Virus record (IMG/VR): IMGVR_UViG_3300045988_043105
Span: 1-42,263 of that record
DNA from: a virus
Strand: one strand, 5' to 3'
Length of the DNA: 42,263 nt
This document shows, one piece after another, positions 21,195 to 29,892 of the stretch; position 1 is the stretch's first letter; every line of letters begins with the position of its first letter. The position numbers and the translations under genes are program-made. The notes beneath the pieces are model-generated. The model saw only the letters and a program-made list of their open reading frames with translations. It did no database searches and was not told the origin of the DNA.

Positions 21195-22070
21195 ATGAAA
21201 AAGGTTTGCACTATTATTTCTGTTTTGATTGTCGCAGTTGTTATCGCTTTTTCCTGCGCGGATTCCGCGTCTGCAACGACAATTAAAGAAGGGTATGTCG
21301 GCATTGTCTTAAATTGGGGTAAGGCTGAAGCTGATGTTTTGACACCTGGCTTCTACGTCATTCCACCGTGGAAATCGGTAGTCAAAATGGATTGCCGCTG
21401 GCAGAAGTACGAGGTCGTCTGCTCGGCGTTTAGCAAGGATATCCAACAGGTCGATATCAAGATGACTTGCAATTACAAACTGTCTGAAGACGGCGCGAGG
21501 CGTATCTATTCACAGGTTGGCGAGGATTACGGCAGTAAAATCATGGAGCCGTGCATCCTGGATGCTGTCAAAGCTGTATTTTCCAAATACACGGCAGAAG
21601 AATTGATTTCTGAACGAGGAATCATTTCTAGCGAAGTTTATGAAACTATTTATTCAAAAATGGAAATCTATGATGTAAAAATCAAAGATGTCGCCATTAC
21701 GGATATTGATTTTTCTGATGCCTTTACCGATGCGGTGGAAGCTAAACAGGTTGCCACACAGAAGAAACTGCAAACGCAGACCGAACAGGAGCAGCAGACC
21801 ATCATTGCCGAGGCCGAAGCGGAACGTGAAAAAATTAAGGCACAGGCTGATGCAGAAAAAAAGAAGATCGCGGCTGAGGCCGATGCGGAAGCAGTTAGGA
21901 TTCAAGCTGACGCAGAAAGTTATCGCCTTGAAGTAGAATCGAAGAACATTACGGATAAAGTCATCCAGAAAGAATACATTAAAAAGTGGAATGGTCAGCT
22001 GCCGATTATCAGCGGAGGCAGCGCAACGCCAATTGTGAATATGACCGAATTGTTGAATGGTGAAAAATAA
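21195..22070 (+). CDS. Membrane-anchored SPFH / Band-7 (prohibitin/HflC-like) protein with a charged coiled-coil tail
   Basis: AGGAGGA RBS and an N-terminal TM. GYVGIVLNWGKA...LTPGFYVIPPW...VKDVAITDIDFSDAFTDAVEAKQVA is an SPFH core. Low-GC. Confidence 0.8.
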   Translation: MKKVCTIISVLIVAVVIAFSCADSASATTIKEGYVGIVLNWGKAEADVLTPGFYVIPPWKSVVKMDCRWQKYEVVCSAFSKDIQQVDIKMTCNYKLSEDGARRIYSQVGEDYGSKIMEPCILDAVKAVFSKYTAEELISERGIISSEVYETIYSKMEIYDVKIKDVAITDIDFSDAFTDAVEAKQVATQKKLQTQTEQEQQTIIAEAEAEREKIKAQADAEKKKIAAEADAEAVRIQADAESYRLEVESKNITDKVIQKEYIKKWNGQLPIISGGSATPIVNMTELLNGEK

Positions 22071-22087
22071 CAAGAGGAGATCAATTC

Positions 22088-22477
22088 ATGAATAACACGC
22101 CTAAATGCCCCGGATGCGGGCGAGAAATGGTACCCAGAGAAGATTTCCATAAATTCTTCTTCGTTTGTCTTAATTGTGGGTGGAAATCGCCATATGGTCA
22201 AAATGAGAAAGAAGGTCTTGATCTGGCGTTAAAGCGCACCGAGCCGAAGAATCGCGTGCTGACACTGGAAGAGCTGAAAGTCTATACTGGTTTTTTATGG
22301 AACGAGAATCGATTTGAGAGTGAAGGCGAACCGGCATATGCAGAAAACGATTTTTTGTATGTCGGTAATGGAAATGTTGATTTAAAATTAAACATTTCAA
22401 AAATATACGGCAGGCGTTGGCGTTGTTGGCTACGCAAACCGACGGAAACGGAAAGGTGGGAAACGCCGTGGGGGTGA
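22088..22477 (+). CDS. Zinc-ribbon protein (129 aa)
   Basis: CPGCGREM...CLNCGW. Confidence 0.55.
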   Translation: MNNTPKCPGCGREMVPREDFHKFFFVCLNCGWKSPYGQNEKEGLDLALKRTEPKNRVLTLEELKVYTGFLWNENRFESEGEPAYAENDFLYVGNGNVDLKLNISKIYGRRWRCWLRKPTETERWETPWG

Positions 22478-22481
22478 GAAA

Positions 22482-22841
22482 ATGCGAGATCGTTTGCTTG
22501 ACGTACTAGGTATTATTTGCGCAATAATGTTGGCTGCATATCTGGTATTTATTGCGTTTGCGTTTAACTTTGTGATTCAAAACAATAAAAATGAGATACA
22601 AAGTGGGCGCGTCATCGACAAGTATTACACGCCTGGGCGTGTAACAAAATATGGTTATCAGGATGAAAGATATACCATCTGCATCGAAGGCTATAAAAAT
22701 GGGGAAATTGTAAACTTTTGGTTCGAGTCATCGGCAGATGAGTATGGCAAGTATGAGGTTGGCGACATTATGACGAGGCAGATGGCGGGAGAAGAGACGG
22801 AGGCGAGGCACCGTGTAACGCGCCATGCCGCGACTGCGTGA
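22482..22841 (+). CDS. N-terminally TM-anchored small beta-rich protein
   Basis: The TM segment LLDVLGIICAIMLAAYLVFIAFAF is followed by GRVIDKYYTPGRVTKYG..GEIVNFWFE..YEVGDIM. Confidence 0.55.
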   Translation: MRDRLLDVLGIICAIMLAAYLVFIAFAFNFVIQNNKNEIQSGRVIDKYYTPGRVTKYGYQDERYTICIEGYKNGEIVNFWFESSADEYGKYEVGDIMTRQMAGEETEARHRVTRHAATA

Positions 22842-23002
22842 GCCGCGAGGTCGGCTGTCACGCGGGATGCGAGAGATACAAGGCGTATGCCGACGAACGG
22901 AAGACGGCGCTGGAAAATCGCTACACGGCTTGTCTAGAGGGAACGGGCAGAAAGCGCAGTCACGAGCGCTGGGAAAAATTTCAGAAAAAGGCGAGGAGAT
23001 AG
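22838..23002 (+). CDS. Small Cys/His-rich protein (54 aa from GTG; motif continues upstream in frame)
   Basis: GTGA start/stop overlap at 22838-22841. VSREVGCHAGCERYKAYADERK... Not in the ORF track (<60 aa). Confidence 0.4.
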   Translation: MSREVGCHAGCERYKAYADERKTALENRYTACLEGTGRKRSHERWEKFQKKARR

Positions 23003-23008
23003 ATACTT

Positions 23009-23479
23009 GTGTCGAGCAAAGAAATGTATAGATGGTATAAGGCACATGGAATCTGCGTGGCTTGCGGACGCGAAGATGCAATGATTGGACATGTCAGGTG
23101 CTTCGATTGTCTTGAGAAAGGAAAGGATTACTCTCGGCAGTATTATCAAAGCGTCGAACATAAAGCAAAGAAAAAACAAAGTAATATACGCAGAATAGAG
23201 GAGCGGAAAAATAAAGGTCAGTGCATAGAATGTAATCGGATGGCTGTGCAAGGAAAAATTAGGTGCCAGTTTCACCTGTCCAAAAACGCTAGAAATCATA
23301 AACGCGTGAGGTGGAAGCCGCCGGAAGAATGTCTGTATTGCACAAAGCCCCACGCGGAAGGGAAAAAGCTGTGCGAAAAGCACCTGCTGATTGCTCAAAA
23401 AAGCATAGCGAACGCCAGAAAACATATCAATAGGGAGGAACACCCGTGGCGGCAAGAATTGTTCGGTCGAATCGGATAG
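23009..23479 (+). CDS. Protein with three CxxC...C..C/H zinc-ribbon-like repeats
   Basis: The three repeats are GICVACGRED..VRCFDC, GQCIECNRMA..IRCQFH and ECLYCTKPH..KLCEKH. GAGGAGA RBS. Confidence 0.55.
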   Translation: MSSKEMYRWYKAHGICVACGREDAMIGHVRCFDCLEKGKDYSRQYYQSVEHKAKKKQSNIRRIEERKNKGQCIECNRMAVQGKIRCQFHLSKNARNHKRVRWKPPEECLYCTKPHAEGKKLCEKHLLIAQKSIANARKHINREEHPWRQELFGRIG

Positions 23480-23859
23480 CAAGCGAAGAACCCTTATGTC
23501 CAAAGAATGAATTTGGCGTGTTACTGGACTCTTGGGAAAAAGATAGGTGCAGCAAATGCGCGTATGAAGTTGAGCTGAATGGTTGGAAATTCTGCGGATG
23601 GACAACCCCAAAGTTATCGCTGGAAGAGAGTATTTGGATAAGCCAGCTATGGGTGTGTAATCCATACAAAACATGCAGTATGTGCAAATACCATACACAC
23701 GATTCACTGACGAAGCATACGCGGTGCGAAGAATGTATGCAAAGCGCACATTTAGACCGATTCAAGCCGAGATATGAAGATGAATACGAAAAATGGAATG
23801 AGTGGTATAACAAAATGAGCCTTCCGTACTGGGAGGAGCAACAGAAGCGGAGAATTTAA
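23446..23859 (+). CDS. Cys-rich hypothetical protein (137 aa)
   Basis: AGGGAGGA lies 6 nt before GTG 23446. Multiple CxxC pairs. Confidence 0.5.
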   Translation: MAARIVRSNRIASEEPLCPKNEFGVLLDSWEKDRCSKCAYEVELNGWKFCGWTTPKLSLEESIWISQLWVCNPYKTCSMCKYHTHDSLTKHTRCEECMQSAHLDRFKPRYEDEYEKWNEWYNKMSLPYWEEQQKRRI

Positions 23860-23904
23860 AAATGCTCGGAATCGAAAAGAGCGAAAGGCGCAAAAAGGAG
23901 GTTA

Positions 23905-24336
23905 ATGATGCAGTTGGCAGAAGCGGACAAGCGAACGCTGCTTGATACGCGAAAAAAGCATAAAGCGTATGTTAGGGCGGAGGAAGCCTACGAGGAAGAG
24001 AAAGCCGCCTATCTGACGGCGCAAAAGCTCACGGGCATGCCGTCCGGCTCGTCCAGCGGTGCAGGGCTTGAAGCCTATGTCATGCGGCGTGATAAGGCTT
24101 TTGAGGCGCTGCAAGCCGCGAGCATGGCATACTTTACGGCGATATACGCAGCTCTGGACGTGATCGACAAGATCATCATGCAAATCGAAACGCTCGAGAA
24201 GGTCAGCAGAGTACGCGAGTTCTGCAAGGCGTATTTTGTCGAGGGGCTGTCCGTCACTGAGGCAACGGCACGTCAAGGGCTTGCTGAAAGCACGGGCTGG
24301 GCGTACAAGAGGGAGATTATAGGCGATTTGCAGTAG
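23905..24336 (+). CDS. Late-gene transcriptional regulator candidate (ArpU/RinA/DUF1492-like, sigma region-4-type HTH)
   Basis: AAGGAGG RBS. It sits just upstream of terS. The C-terminus GLSVTEATARQGLAESTGWAYKREII is an HTH. Confidence 0.55.
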   Translation: MMQLAEADKRTLLDTRKKHKAYVRAEEAYEEEKAAYLTAQKLTGMPSGSSSGAGLEAYVMRRDKAFEALQAASMAYFTAIYAALDVIDKIIMQIETLEKVSRVREFCKAYFVEGLSVTEATARQGLAESTGWAYKREIIGDLQ

Positions 24337-24424
24337 AGTTATAGAACGGTCGGAGCTACACATAGAGTGCGACCGTGTGATAACATTAAAATCAGCGAAG
24401 AACGCAAAGCGCAGGACGCTGGGC

Positions 24425-24430
24425 TATAAT
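24425..24430 (+). promoter_or_regulatory. Perfect -10 hexamer TATAAT without a recognisable -35 (candidate activator-dependent late promoter)
   Basis: gggcTATAATcag. The sequence 17 nt upstream is acgcaa. Confidence 0.35.
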
Positions 24431-24438
24431 CAGCAACA

Positions 24439-24469
24439 AAGCCGCGGCGAATGTCACGGCTTTTGTTTT
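24439..24469 (+). terminator. Leader hairpin + U-tract upstream of terS
   Basis: AAGCCG-12 nt-CGGCTT followed by TTGTTTT. Confidence 0.45.
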
Positions 24470-24609
24470 GGGGTGATTTGTGCTTTACCTCCGGCACAGA
24501 TCGGGACGCAACGCAGACAGGGACGCAGAGTGGGAGCGGCGTTGCTTATGCTGATTCAGGAGGATGTGCAGGGAGGCAAAATTATAAGGTAAAAGGGGAG
24601 TGCGAAGAT

Positions 24610-25101
24610 GTGTCGACGGTGGACTGGGAGCGGATAAGAGCCGAGTATATAGCGGGCGGCGCATCCATACGCAATCTGGCTGACAAGTACGGGATTTCCA
24701 AGGACGCGGTCGGGCGAAGAGCGAAAGCAGAAAAGTGGAAAGAGACCCGCGACAAAACCGCGACAAAAGTGCGACAAAGGACAAATGAGCGCATTGTCGC
24801 GCAGAAAGCGGACGAAGCCGCAAATAACGCGGTTATTGCTGCAAGAATTCGGTCAAAGTTGCTTCTCCGACTGGAAAGCGAGATAGACACTCTGCCCGGC
24901 AGCATCGGAACGGAGAGCGCAGAGGACATCGTCAAGTCCGGGAAGGGTGGAGGAAGGCGCGAGGTCACGTCGAAGCGTTGGCGGCTTCGCGATCTGACGG
25001 CGGCTTATAAAGATTTGACGGCAGACATGGACTTAGCGGATGTCGACACCGAAGATATTGACGCGACACGTGAAGAGGTATATGGCGATGAAGACACGTA
25101 A
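24610..25101 (+). CDS. terS: Terminase small subunit (HTH-containing)
   Basis: AAGGGGAG RBS before GTG 24610. DWERIRAEYIAGGASIRNLADKYGISKDAVGRRAKAEKW. It overlaps the terL start. Confidence 0.75.
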   Translation: MSTVDWERIRAEYIAGGASIRNLADKYGISKDAVGRRAKAEKWKETRDKTATKVRQRTNERIVAQKADEAANNAVIAARIRSKLLLRLESEIDTLPGSIGTESAEDIVKSGKGGGRREVTSKRWRLRDLTAAYKDLTADMDLADVDTEDIDATREEVYGDEDT

Positions 25102-26386
25102 ATATGTACCTGCTTTTAGTCCGAAGCACCTCTCATACATCCGCGCCTGTCGAAAAAATATGTATAACATCGCTGAGGGAGCTGTTCGCGCTGGAAAGAC
25201 GGTTGATAATGTTTTCGCCTTCTGCACTGAGCTTGAAACTTGCCCGGACAAGATACACCTTGCGAGTGCTTCAACATCGCCAACGGCAAAGCTGAATATC
25301 GGGGACTGTAACGGAATGGGCATTGAAGCCCAGTTCCGTGGACGCTGCACGTGGGGGAAATACCGAGGGAACGATTGCATCCGCGTCAGAACGAAGACGG
25401 GAGAGAAAATTGTAATTTTTGCCGGAGCTGGAAAAGCGGACAGCTTCAAGAGAATCCGAGGAAATAGCTACGGCATGTGGATTGCAACGGAGGTCAACCT
25501 TCACCATGAAACTTTCATTCAGGAGGCGTTCAACCGAACCGCTGCGGCAAAGCTGAGAAAGTTCTTTTGGGACTTGAACCCAAGCGCACCAAATTCTCCG
25601 ATATACGAAAAATATATCGACCTGTACCGCATAAAGCAGGAGCGCGGAGAATTGCCGGGCGGCTGTAATTACGAGCTGTTTCTGATGCGCGACAATGCGA
25701 CAATATCCGACGAGAGATTCGCGGAAATTGTCGCACAGTACGACCCACAATCCGTATGGTATAAGCGGGACATCGAGGGAAAGCGTGTGTCTGCCGAGGG
25801 CATGATCTACCCCGGTTATTCCTCAGCGCTCGAAACACCGTTCACGCCGCCACGCTGGCGTGATGTTTTTATTTCCATCGACTACGGCACACAAAACGCC
25901 TTCGCTGCTCTGTTATGGGGCAAGAGCGAGGGCGTTTGGCATATTTTCCGCGAATATCGCTATTCAGGACGCGACACGCAGGTGCAAAAGACTGACGAGG
26001 ACTATGTGCGCGACATGGAGCGGTTCGTCAGCGAGAACCTGCCGGAAGACCAGCAGCGCGGCGTGATGACGATCATTGACCCTTCGGCTGCATCGTTCAT
26101 CGCGGCACTCAGGCGCTCACGGCTTGCCTTCCGTGTGCGCAAGGCAGACAACGACGTTCTCGACGGCATCCGCGACGTTGCGGTTTGCATGCAGCGCGGC
26201 GACGTACGGATTTTCGACAATCTGCCGGAGCTACGGAAAGAGTTTGACGGCTATGTCTGGGACGACAAAGCGGACGACAAGCCAATCAAGGTCAACGATC
26301 ACTTAATGGACGCGTTGCGCTATGGCGTGCGCACCATGCGGCTTGTCAAGCCGAAGGAAGAATATAAAAGCCCATTCTTTGCATAA
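25088..26386 (+). CDS. terL: Terminase large subunit (PBSX/SPP1-type, headful)
   Basis: Walker A AEGAVRAGKT and a C-terminal nuclease region. The start could be 25082 or 25088. Confidence 0.9.
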   Translation: MKTRKYVPAFSPKHLSYIRACRKNMYNIAEGAVRAGKTVDNVFAFCTELETCPDKIHLASASTSPTAKLNIGDCNGMGIEAQFRGRCTWGKYRGNDCIRVRTKTGEKIVIFAGAGKADSFKRIRGNSYGMWIATEVNLHHETFIQEAFNRTAAAKLRKFFWDLNPSAPNSPIYEKYIDLYRIKQERGELPGGCNYELFLMRDNATISDERFAEIVAQYDPQSVWYKRDIEGKRVSAEGMIYPGYSSALETPFTPPRWRDVFISIDYGTQNAFAALLWGKSEGVWHIFREYRYSGRDTQVQKTDEDYVRDMERFVSENLPEDQQRGVMTIIDPSAASFIAALRRSRLAFRVRKADNDVLDGIRDVAVCMQRGDVRIFDNLPELRKEFDGYVWDDKADDKPIKVNDHLMDALRYGVRTMRLVKPKEEYKSPFFA

Positions 26387-26401
26387 GGAGGTGATAGCCC
26401 G

Positions 26402-27778
26402 ATGGGCAGAATTGTCACATATCAGGATTTCGTCGATTTCGGCGACAGCGACGAGCAGCGCATTGCAGCTATCAAGCAGCTTATTTTCCAGCACAAATCG
26501 AGCGAGTTCTGCAAGACGGCACGAATCGCTGACCTTTACGACGCACAGAAGAACAAAACCATCATGGAAGCCGCGCCGATCCTGTACGCGATGAACGGCA
26601 TGAAAGCGATTGACTACACGGCGAGCAATCACCAAATCGCGTCTAATTTCTTCCGGCAGCTCAACAAACAACGAGCGACGTATTCGCTCGGCAACGGTGT
26701 GACGTTCACGAGCGATGGCGTGAAGGAAAAGCTGGGAAAGGACTTTGACACCGACATTTCAAACGCGGCGTATCTGGCACTGATTCATGGCGTTTGCTAT
26801 GTATTTCTCGACGTTGACCATCTGCACCGCTTCCCCGCGTATCAGTTCGCACCACTATGGGATGAGCGCAACAGCGCCTTGCGTGCTGGCGTGCGCTACT
26901 GGCGCATTGACGACGATCACCCCGGCTATGCCGTACTTTACGAGGAAGACGGCTTCACGGTCTATAAAGCCGAAAGGGGCGACGATTACAAGATTGACCA
27001 GCCCAAGCGTGCGTACAAGCTGACCGTGCAGAAAGCCGCGATTGACGATGAGGAGACTATCGTCGGCGGCGAGAATTACAGCGGTTTGCCTATCGTGCCG
27101 CTCTGGGGAAGCGACTTGCACCAGTCAACGCTCGTCGGCATGCGCGGCGCGATTGACGCATACGACCTTGTATGCTCGGATTTCGCAAACGACCTCTCGG
27201 AGTGCAGTCAAATCTATTGGCTCGTCGAAAACTACGGCGGCATGTCGGATGCGGATTTGGTCAAGTTCCGCGACAGGCTGAAATTTATGCACATCGCGGA
27301 GGCAGACACGCAGGACGGCGGGAAGATCACGCCATACACGCAAGAGCCGCCGAGCGCATCGAGAAGCGCGTTTCTGGCGCAGATCAAGGACGATATCTAC
27401 CGCAACTTCGGCGCGTTTGACGCACAGACTGTGCAGGCTGGAAGCAAGACCGCGACGGAGATCAATGCCGCATATCAGGCGCTCGACCAAAACGCAGATG
27501 ATTTTGAATATCAACTGACTGTGTGCATCCGTCAGCTTTTGGCGCTCGTCGGCGTTCCTGACGACGTTTTCCCGACGTACAAGCGCAACCGCATCAGCAA
27601 CCAGCTTGAACAGGTTCAAATGCTGATGCTGGAAGCGCCGTATCTTGACAGACAGACGATCCTTGAGAATCTGCCGAACATCTACATTGACAAAGTGCCG
27701 GAGATCATGGCGCGGCTGGACGAAGAAACGGAAGGGCGGTTTGTGCGCAAGGAATCGGAGGAGGAAGCCGATGAATAG
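26402..27778 (+). CDS. Portal protein (SPP1 gp6-like)
   Basis: Size, position after terL, and an acidic C-terminus. Confidence 0.85.
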   Translation: MGRIVTYQDFVDFGDSDEQRIAAIKQLIFQHKSSEFCKTARIADLYDAQKNKTIMEAAPILYAMNGMKAIDYTASNHQIASNFFRQLNKQRATYSLGNGVTFTSDGVKEKLGKDFDTDISNAAYLALIHGVCYVFLDVDHLHRFPAYQFAPLWDERNSALRAGVRYWRIDDDHPGYAVLYEEDGFTVYKAERGDDYKIDQPKRAYKLTVQKAAIDDEETIVGGENYSGLPIVPLWGSDLHQSTLVGMRGAIDAYDLVCSDFANDLSECSQIYWLVENYGGMSDADLVKFRDRLKFMHIAEADTQDGGKITPYTQEPPSASRSAFLAQIKDDIYRNFGAFDAQTVQAGSKTATEINAAYQALDQNADDFEYQLTVCIRQLLALVGVPDDVFPTYKRNRISNQLEQVQMLMLEAPYLDRQTILENLPNIYIDKVPEIMARLDEETEGRFVRKESEEEADE

Positions 27779-28421
27779 TCGTCTCTATGAGAATCTGCGG
27801 CACTGGATACCCGGAAATGACGAAACCGAAGGAAAATTTGGAATACCGCGTATTCATCCTGGCTTTTTGCCGGAAGAAATTGAAGCGTGGTTGCCGTTTA
27901 ATGACCTGTCGCGCAGACTAACAAAAACCGAAGCGGTTCAGATGTACGTCGATGATTACCGAATTGAGCGTCTATGGAATGCGCCTACAAAGTATCTGTG
28001 CGGATTGCGCAATTCGGCTGCTGTTCTGTCGCCAGATTTTTCGATTTATGCAGATGTTCCCCAAGCGTTGGGGATATACAACCACTATCGCAAGCACTGG
28101 CTTGGCGCATTTTGGCAGCTAAACGGAATTAACGTTATTCCTACCATTTGCTGGGGCGATGATAAAACGTTTGATTGGTGCTTTGACGGTGAACCCCAAA
28201 ATGCCATTGTCAGCGTATCGAGCGTGGGCACACAACGCGGTCAAGGAGCGAAAGCGGCATTTATGCGCGGATATGATGCAATGCTAGAACGTCTCAATCC
28301 ATCCGGCATCATTTTCTTCGGCAACATCCCGGCGGAAGCGCGTGGAAATATCATCCATGTTGATACATTCTATAAGCGTTTCGAGCAAAGGAGGGAAGAA
28401 TGTGATAAAAATCAGCCTTGA
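27771..28421 (+). CDS. DUF4417-like protein (216 aa) inserted between portal and MuF
   Basis: YVDDYRIERLWNAP..LSPDFSIYADVP..NHYRKHWLGAFWQLNGINVIPTICWG..VSVSSVG fits the DUF4417 pattern as recalled. Confidence 0.6.
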   Translation: MNSRLYENLRHWIPGNDETEGKFGIPRIHPGFLPEEIEAWLPFNDLSRRLTKTEAVQMYVDDYRIERLWNAPTKYLCGLRNSAAVLSPDFSIYADVPQALGIYNHYRKHWLGAFWQLNGINVIPTICWGDDKTFDWCFDGEPQNAIVSVSSVGTQRGQGAKAAFMRGYDAMLERLNPSGIIFFGNIPAEARGNIIHVDTFYKRFEQRREECDKNQP

Positions 28422-28839
28422 GCTGTTCGGAGGGCGCGGCGGCGGTTCCGGCGGCGGAGGCGGTGCAGGGTTTGTGAAAGGGTCAAGCGATGGAGCGCTT
28501 GTAAAAGCAAAAAAGCAGATTATCGAGGGAACTTTTCGCGAGGCAAGAGGCTGGGGCGGAAGCTATCACAAAGAGGAAGTCCTTGAAGCCACGACTGACG
28601 GAAAAGGAAACTTGACGTTCTCATATGCCCAGCCAGTAACGCGCACAAAAACATCCCAAACAAACAGAACACAGCATCTTACATACGAAGTCGCGCATGG
28701 TGCGCTTGATGGAAAAACCTTCGGAATTAACTGGTCGAAGGTGAACTCTATCAGCGGGCAAACTTACAATTTGCGAGCCGAGGCTAAGGCAAACGGCCTG
28801 TCTTGGGATGGAGTGAACAAACGTTGGCGCAGAAAATAG
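28402..28839 (+). CDS. Hypothetical protein with an LELFGG N-terminus and a Gly-rich linker (possible head-internal protein)
   Basis: AGGAGGG RBS before GTG 28402. MIKISLELFGGRGGGSGGGGGAG. Confidence 0.55.
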   Translation: MIKISLELFGGRGGGSGGGGGAGFVKGSSDGALVKAKKQIIEGTFREARGWGGSYHKEEVLEATTDGKGNLTFSYAQPVTRTKTSQTNRTQHLTYEVAHGALDGKTFGINWSKVNSISGQTYNLRAEAKANGLSWDGVNKRWRRK

Positions 28840-28851
28840 GGGTGACGGCGC

Positions 28852-29892
28852 TTGACAGATCAGGCGGTTCGATGGACTGACAAGCAAATCGAAGGGCTAG
28901 AGCGGCGCATCCGCGACGTGTACACTGACGCGGCGGCTGATATCCAGCGCAAGCTCGATAAGTTCATCGCGAAATTCCGCAGGGACGACAAAAAGTACCG
29001 TGCGCAGCTCGAAGCGGGAGAGATCACGCAAGAGACGTACCGTGATTGGCTGGCGGGGCAAGTGTTCCAGGGAAAGCGCTGGCGGCAGATGCTTTCCAAC
29101 ATGACGGAGACGCTGACACACAGCAACGAGCTTGCTATGCAGATCATCAACGACACGACCCCGAAAGTGTTTGCCTATAATGCCAACTGGTCGAGCTATA
29201 TGCTTGAAAAGGGCGCACGGATAAACATGGGATTTGAGCTGTACGACGCATCAACCGTCAAGCAGCTTATCCGCGACCAACCCGACCTTCTGCCGCCGTC
29301 AAAGGTGGATATACCAGCGGACAAGCGCTGGAATCATACGCAGATCACGCAGCAGATCACGCAGGGCATCATCCAAGGCGAACCGCTTGAGACGGTCGTG
29401 AAGCGATTGCAGCGCGTGACGACGGCGAACGAGGTCAGCGCAAGGCGACACGCGAGAACCGCGATGACGTACGCACAGAACGCGGGACGCATTGAAAGCT
29501 ATCATCAGGCGGCAAAGCTGGGTATCAAGCTGCAAAAGGAGTGGCGGGCGACGCTGGACAACCACACGCGCCATTCTCACGCTATGCTTGACGGGCAGCG
29601 AGTAGACGTGGACAAGCCGTTTCAAAGCGAGTTGGGTGAGATCATGTGTCCGGGCGACCCGAACGCAAGACCCGCGAATGTGTACAACTGCCGGTGTACG
29701 CTCGTGTCGTACAATCCCAAATATCCGCCGCGAAATGAGACGCGGATCGACAACATCACACGCGAAACGATACCGTTCAAGACCTACGCGGAGTGGGCAG
29801 GATGGAAGGAGACGCATAATGGCGGGAAATCTGATCGACAACAGCGCGGCGTTTTTGGCAGAGCTGGAACGCGCAAAGGCGCGGGCGCTTGA
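28852..29892 (+). CDS. Head morphogenesis protein (SPP1 gp7 / Mu F family)
   Basis: WRATLDNHTRHSHAMLDGQ...PGDPNARPANVYNCRCTLV is the MuF signature. Confidence 0.85.
   Translation: MTDQAVRWTDKQIEGLERRIRDVYTDAAADIQRKLDKFIAKFRRDDKKYRAQLEAGEITQETYRDWLAGQVFQGKRWRQMLSNMTETLTHSNELAMQIINDTTPKVFAYNANWSSYMLEKGARINMGFELYDASTVKQLIRDQPDLLPPSKVDIPADKRWNHTQITQQITQGIIQGEPLETVVKRLQRVTTANEVSARRHARTAMTYAQNAGRIESYHQAAKLGIKLQKEWRATLDNHTRHSHAMLDGQRVDVDKPFQSELGEIMCPGDPNARPANVYNCRCTLVSYNPKYPPRNETRIDNITRETIPFKTYAEWAGWKETHNGGKSDRQQRGVFGRAGTRKGAGA

Noticed and set aside
22934-23749. 271-aa minus-strand ORF in the low-GC island. A 253-aa minus-strand ORF lies at 38048-38809.
   Set aside because: The sequences are hydrophobic/Ser/Phe-rich nonsense-like with no RBS. 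The + strand ORFs opposite them have RBSs, coupled starts and recognisable Cys motifs or structural context.
24377-24609. The 71-aa ORF at 24377-24592 and the long N-terminal extension of terS from 24451.
   Set aside because: The extension runs through the leader hairpin and U-tract and has no RBS. GTG 24610, preceded by AAGGGGAG, gives a normal-sized HTH small terminase.
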